Shown in pieces: positions 61,101 to 64,000 of a stretch of DNA of 64,000 nucleotides; within the stretch, counting starts at the first letter, position 1; each line of letters starts with the position of its first letter. A program made the position numbers and the translations under genes. The notes under the pieces were generated by a model. It had not been told where the DNA came from. It did no database searches and saw only the letters and a program-made list of their open reading frames with translations. This DNA comes from Diadema antillarum (taxonomy: Eukaryota): contig NW_027271508.1 in the NCBI RefSeq assembly GCF_040938485.1, positions 62,001-126,000 of the forward strand, read 5' to 3'.

Positions 61101-61761
61101 ATCAGTGTTAATAGGGATGTAATTTTTGATGATTTTTTAATGATTTGGCTAAAAGAAGATAAAGTCACACCACTCCTGTTATCAAAGCCGTCCCCCTTCC
61201 TCATATCGTAAGGCCCTCGATCTTCCTTGGATATAGGAACAATGAAGAAATCAATGCCTTACAGATAATATCTTACCGTTTCCATTATTAATATAGGAAT
61301 CACATTTTTAATCGTCATACAGCTTCTGTTCTAATCCGACTTAATTGAAGTAATATCTATCTCACATAATCGCAGCGCCCTTGATATTAGTTTGGACTTA
61401 TAGGCTTAGACTAGCTGTGACTGTCTTTCATATAGTTAGCCATGGGTATGGATATAATTATCGTGACTATAGGGTTTATGCATTCGTAACATCCCGCTTT
61501 GGTTAGATAGATAATGAAAATTTTATCTTGATTAGATGGTAAACAATTAGCCGTTAGTAAGAGTCAAGAATAAGAGACTAAATATGGTGCATGAGACAGA
61601 AGAAAAAGGACCAGAGTCAGGTGAATATCATCGTTTCATACTCACTGGTAGCAGGATGTACCAAAGTTGGACCAACCGGGGGGACAGAAGCCCGCTGAGA
61701 ATTGGGCCAGGGCTGTCCCCTCTAAGACGCACACGAACACAGACAACACAAGGAGCTTCAT
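53542..61761 (-). CDS. Secreted C-type lectin domain protein with a Pro/Asn-rich repeat tail; sea urchin spicule-matrix-protein-like, 348 aa
   Basis: Exons 61761-61646 ([38 protein letters not shown]), 54774-54568 ([15 protein letters not shown]...[15 protein letters not shown]...VWTGL) and 54265-53542 ([14 protein letters not shown]...YICE plus repeats). GT-AG introns, both phase 2, 1047 nt in frame. Confidence 0.9.
53558..53929 (-). repeat. Coding 18-bp tandem repeat, 20 full units of PN[Q/R]P[M/F/I]N
   Basis: Plus strand (GG(T/C)(T/C)GGTTTGGGTTCATG)n, counted from the translated ORF. Confidence 0.95.
58491..58787. mobile_element. Short GC-rich MITE in lectin intron 1
   Basis: Imperfect IR GGAAGCTTCTAAACAATGACCGAGAAGAC / GTCTTTTCGGTAACACTTGTAATCTTCC, with several internal CTCGTCTT/AAGACGAG motifs. 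Confidence 0.4.
59270..59560 (-). mobile_element. 3' end of a CR1/L2-type LINE
   Basis: Minus strand has a GGGGCCATCTTC...GAAGACGGTCCCC stem-loop, then AATAAA and a (CTGAA)n tail. Confidence 0.45.
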
Positions 61762-61816
61762 CTTCCCGTGTGCAAGTTCCACCAAACTATACATTCGATA
61801 GAAGAACAACGGTGTC

Positions 61817-61853
61817 TATTATAAGCAGATTGGTATATGCCGAACCGGAAGTG
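61817..61853 (-). promoter_or_regulatory. Candidate proximal promoter of the lectin gene (TATA-like, CCAAT, Ets site)
   Basis: Within 60-95 bp upstream of the ATG: CTTATAATA (61817-61825, minus), CCAAT (61829-61833, minus) and ACCGGAAGTG (61844-61853). Confidence 0.4.
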
Positions 61854-64000
61854 TTTTTGTAGGTCATCGAAGGTGACTGGGAAATCGGAGATGAACGTTT
61901 CTACCAGGCTTTGAGACTCCAAGGTCAGTAGGAAGGTAAAAAGTTTGTCGAGAGACAAAGACCTTCGAAAAATGAATAGACTTTTGGAACACCGATTGTA
62001 GTGAGCATTCCTGGCAAAATGTGAAAAACTGCTCGTTAGCCGTAGAACGAAAACTCGGACGGAATTAAGAAATGTTAGCAAAGCGAGGGCTTCATAAAAA
62101 TTGCTTTGTGTGAAGACATGGGAGGCTTACGTTGGATTAGGAATGTTCCATCACTGCGGTCACTTTTAATGGAGATTATATCTTGATTATATCATAACAC
62201 ACCCAGTCATACTGTGTCGTCGCTTGGGAAGAGTTTTGATGGCAAAACGCATAACTCTTTTATATCTGTTTAACAATACTGAATTCAGGACCTTTATCTG
62301 GCCAGGGATTTTTGTGCTGTTTGTAGAAGTTGTGGAACTCTCTACGAGAACCATGCAATGACCGTAGTTCATATCGTTTGTCTCCTCGATAAAATCATTC
62401 AACCTATCAGATGTCAGACTATCTTGATGAGATCAGGGGGTATCGTCGATGTACTGAGTGCTATATGTAATCGACACACGATAGATACCGCTCTACAGAC
62501 ACGATGTTGGTTATGTGACACCTTATTTTGGTAATTCGACGACTTCAGTAATTTAACTTCGGAATCTGAGTTGCCAACAGGAAATCCGGATATAGTGAGA
62601 TAAAAATATACAATTTCCTTTTTTGTTGTTATTCCTCTAACACGGCGAATTAGGGCAAAAAAAAAATACACTGAGAAACAATTATGAAACAGAGATGATA
62701 AAGAGATATCAAAAGGATTGCTTTTCAGGTTTTATATGATCCTTCTCGTGGAATTCTTATTCTTCCTTCAGAGGACCATGTTACATAATGTTATTAGTGT
62801 AAACGCAAGGTCTATACATCGTGATTAATGATTAATCTTATCGATGTTACGCATCTTTCTATAACCTGATGCAACTCCACGGAAACAACTATGGCAGTAT
62901 GGCACTATAGTCACCGTTGAAGAAGTTTCAGCCATTATTTGTTAACTCCTGTGTCATCAGGGAAAGTGCTCTTTGTGATGCATAATCAAGAAGCTCCTTT
63001 AGGAAAATTAAACCATGGAAATAAAAGAGCCTATGGGATCCACTCCAATACTGGTATGTAATTTTAGAAAAAACTGGAACAACAGAGATTTAATTAAACA
63101 AAGATGAAGTCAAAACGCGAAAAATTTGAATAACCAACGGGCTCAGTACAAGATGATACGTATGTACATTACCTTTGGGCGGGGAATTTGTCTCCAGCAC
63201 CTTTCCTTCAAATGCTTGTTCTGTCACCTCGTAAGTCTTATTGGTGAGATCTGGATGTTTTACGGTCCCCTAACCTGCAATTTTGACATTTTCTTGATTG
63301 GCAGAACGTCAAATTCAGACGAAATTGCTTACTCCACCGTTTCCATTGCCTTAGGATAATCTATAAGGAATCATTGATCCCCATATTTCAGACTATCGTT
63401 GCTTGTAGCTTCCTGAAGAGATATCATGAGGAAACTGCAAGGATTTAGACGGATTCTGTCTTCCATACGTCTCCAGAAACTGCCAACAGTTTCCCTTTCG
63501 CAAAATGATATTGATACGTGTCTTTCTCTACAGAGGCTCAAAAAGATAATGTGCATTAGATTTTGTCGACGTACGACACATAGACATGCATACCTACATA
63601 ACGTACACAAACTTTCGCAGAGTCACTCAAAAGATTGAAAGCGTTGATGTAACCCAATCATCAGAAGGTCTTGAAGAACGTTGTCATGTCAACTGGTAAG
63701 GAGAGGCAGGTGACCTCGCGACCTCTAGATGAAGTAATCAAATCTCACATCAACTGACAATTCTGCCATTCCTTACTAATATAATAGATGTTGCAGTGGT
63801 ATTAAAAACAGTTGATTTACTCTGTAGCGTGAATTTGACGTTTTGTATCTATTTGTTTGTTTGTTTTTGCTTTTGTTTTTGCCATTGCTTTTTCCTTTGT
63901 TTGTTGTTGCTCAGTCGAATGAAAAAAAAAGTGATGCAATAAATATTTGTACTCTCAGCTCAGAAACCTTTGGCCATGTGAATGAGGAAAAGGAATGCCA

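Noticed and set aside
43641-61761. Functional coupling of the dioxygenases to the Pro-rich lectin (prolyl hydroxylation)
   Set aside because: The enzymes are of the IPNS-like small-molecule class, not the prolyl-4-hydroxylase class. Adjacency alone is not evidence in an animal genome.
63160-63700. Possible orphan exons (minus ~63170-63270; plus ~63621-63695 with AG/GT boundaries)
   Set aside because: They are short, have no homology I can recognise and no partner exons within the window.

Overview
This is eukaryotic, intron-rich, repeat-rich DNA from a draft assembly with two N gaps. It is most likely a sea urchin or other echinoderm, inferred from the spicule-matrix-like lectin gene. Host genes: (1) three tandem, co-oriented, 7-exon paralogs of an IPNS-like 2-oxoglutarate/Fe(II) dioxygenase on the + strand (1351-25686, 30741-36590, 43641-50375). 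Coding exons 1-6 measure 159/116/70/114/186/111 nt in copies 1 and 3; copy 2 has a -1 nt lesion in exon 5 and a +1 nt lesion at exon 6, so it looks pseudogenised. (2) A convergent 3-exon gene on the - strand (61761-53542) encoding a secreted C-type lectin domain plus 20 PN[Q/R]P[M/F/I]N repeats. The most unusual structure is in the 14.8-kb intron 3 of dioxygenase 1. A 9,091-bp Tc1/mariner-like element (41-bp TIRs, TA duplication) has inserted into a 1.1-kb TTAA-flanked MITE, and an intact, empty copy of that MITE lies 1.1 kb away and confirms the insertion site. The Tc1-like element keeps only the last recognisable transposase exon. It carries an intact Pro-rich/coiled-coil/BEN-domain ORF on the opposite strand, three antisense copies of the BEN C-terminal coding segment, and 12 copies of a 9-bp motif in its ends. 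Other repeats include two Helentron-associated HINE-like elements, several Kolobok-, CACT- and Harbinger-like MITEs, CR1/L2-type LINE fragments, and Penelope remnants with minimal hammerhead-ribozyme motifs. All family assignments come from motif recognition by eye; no database search was run.
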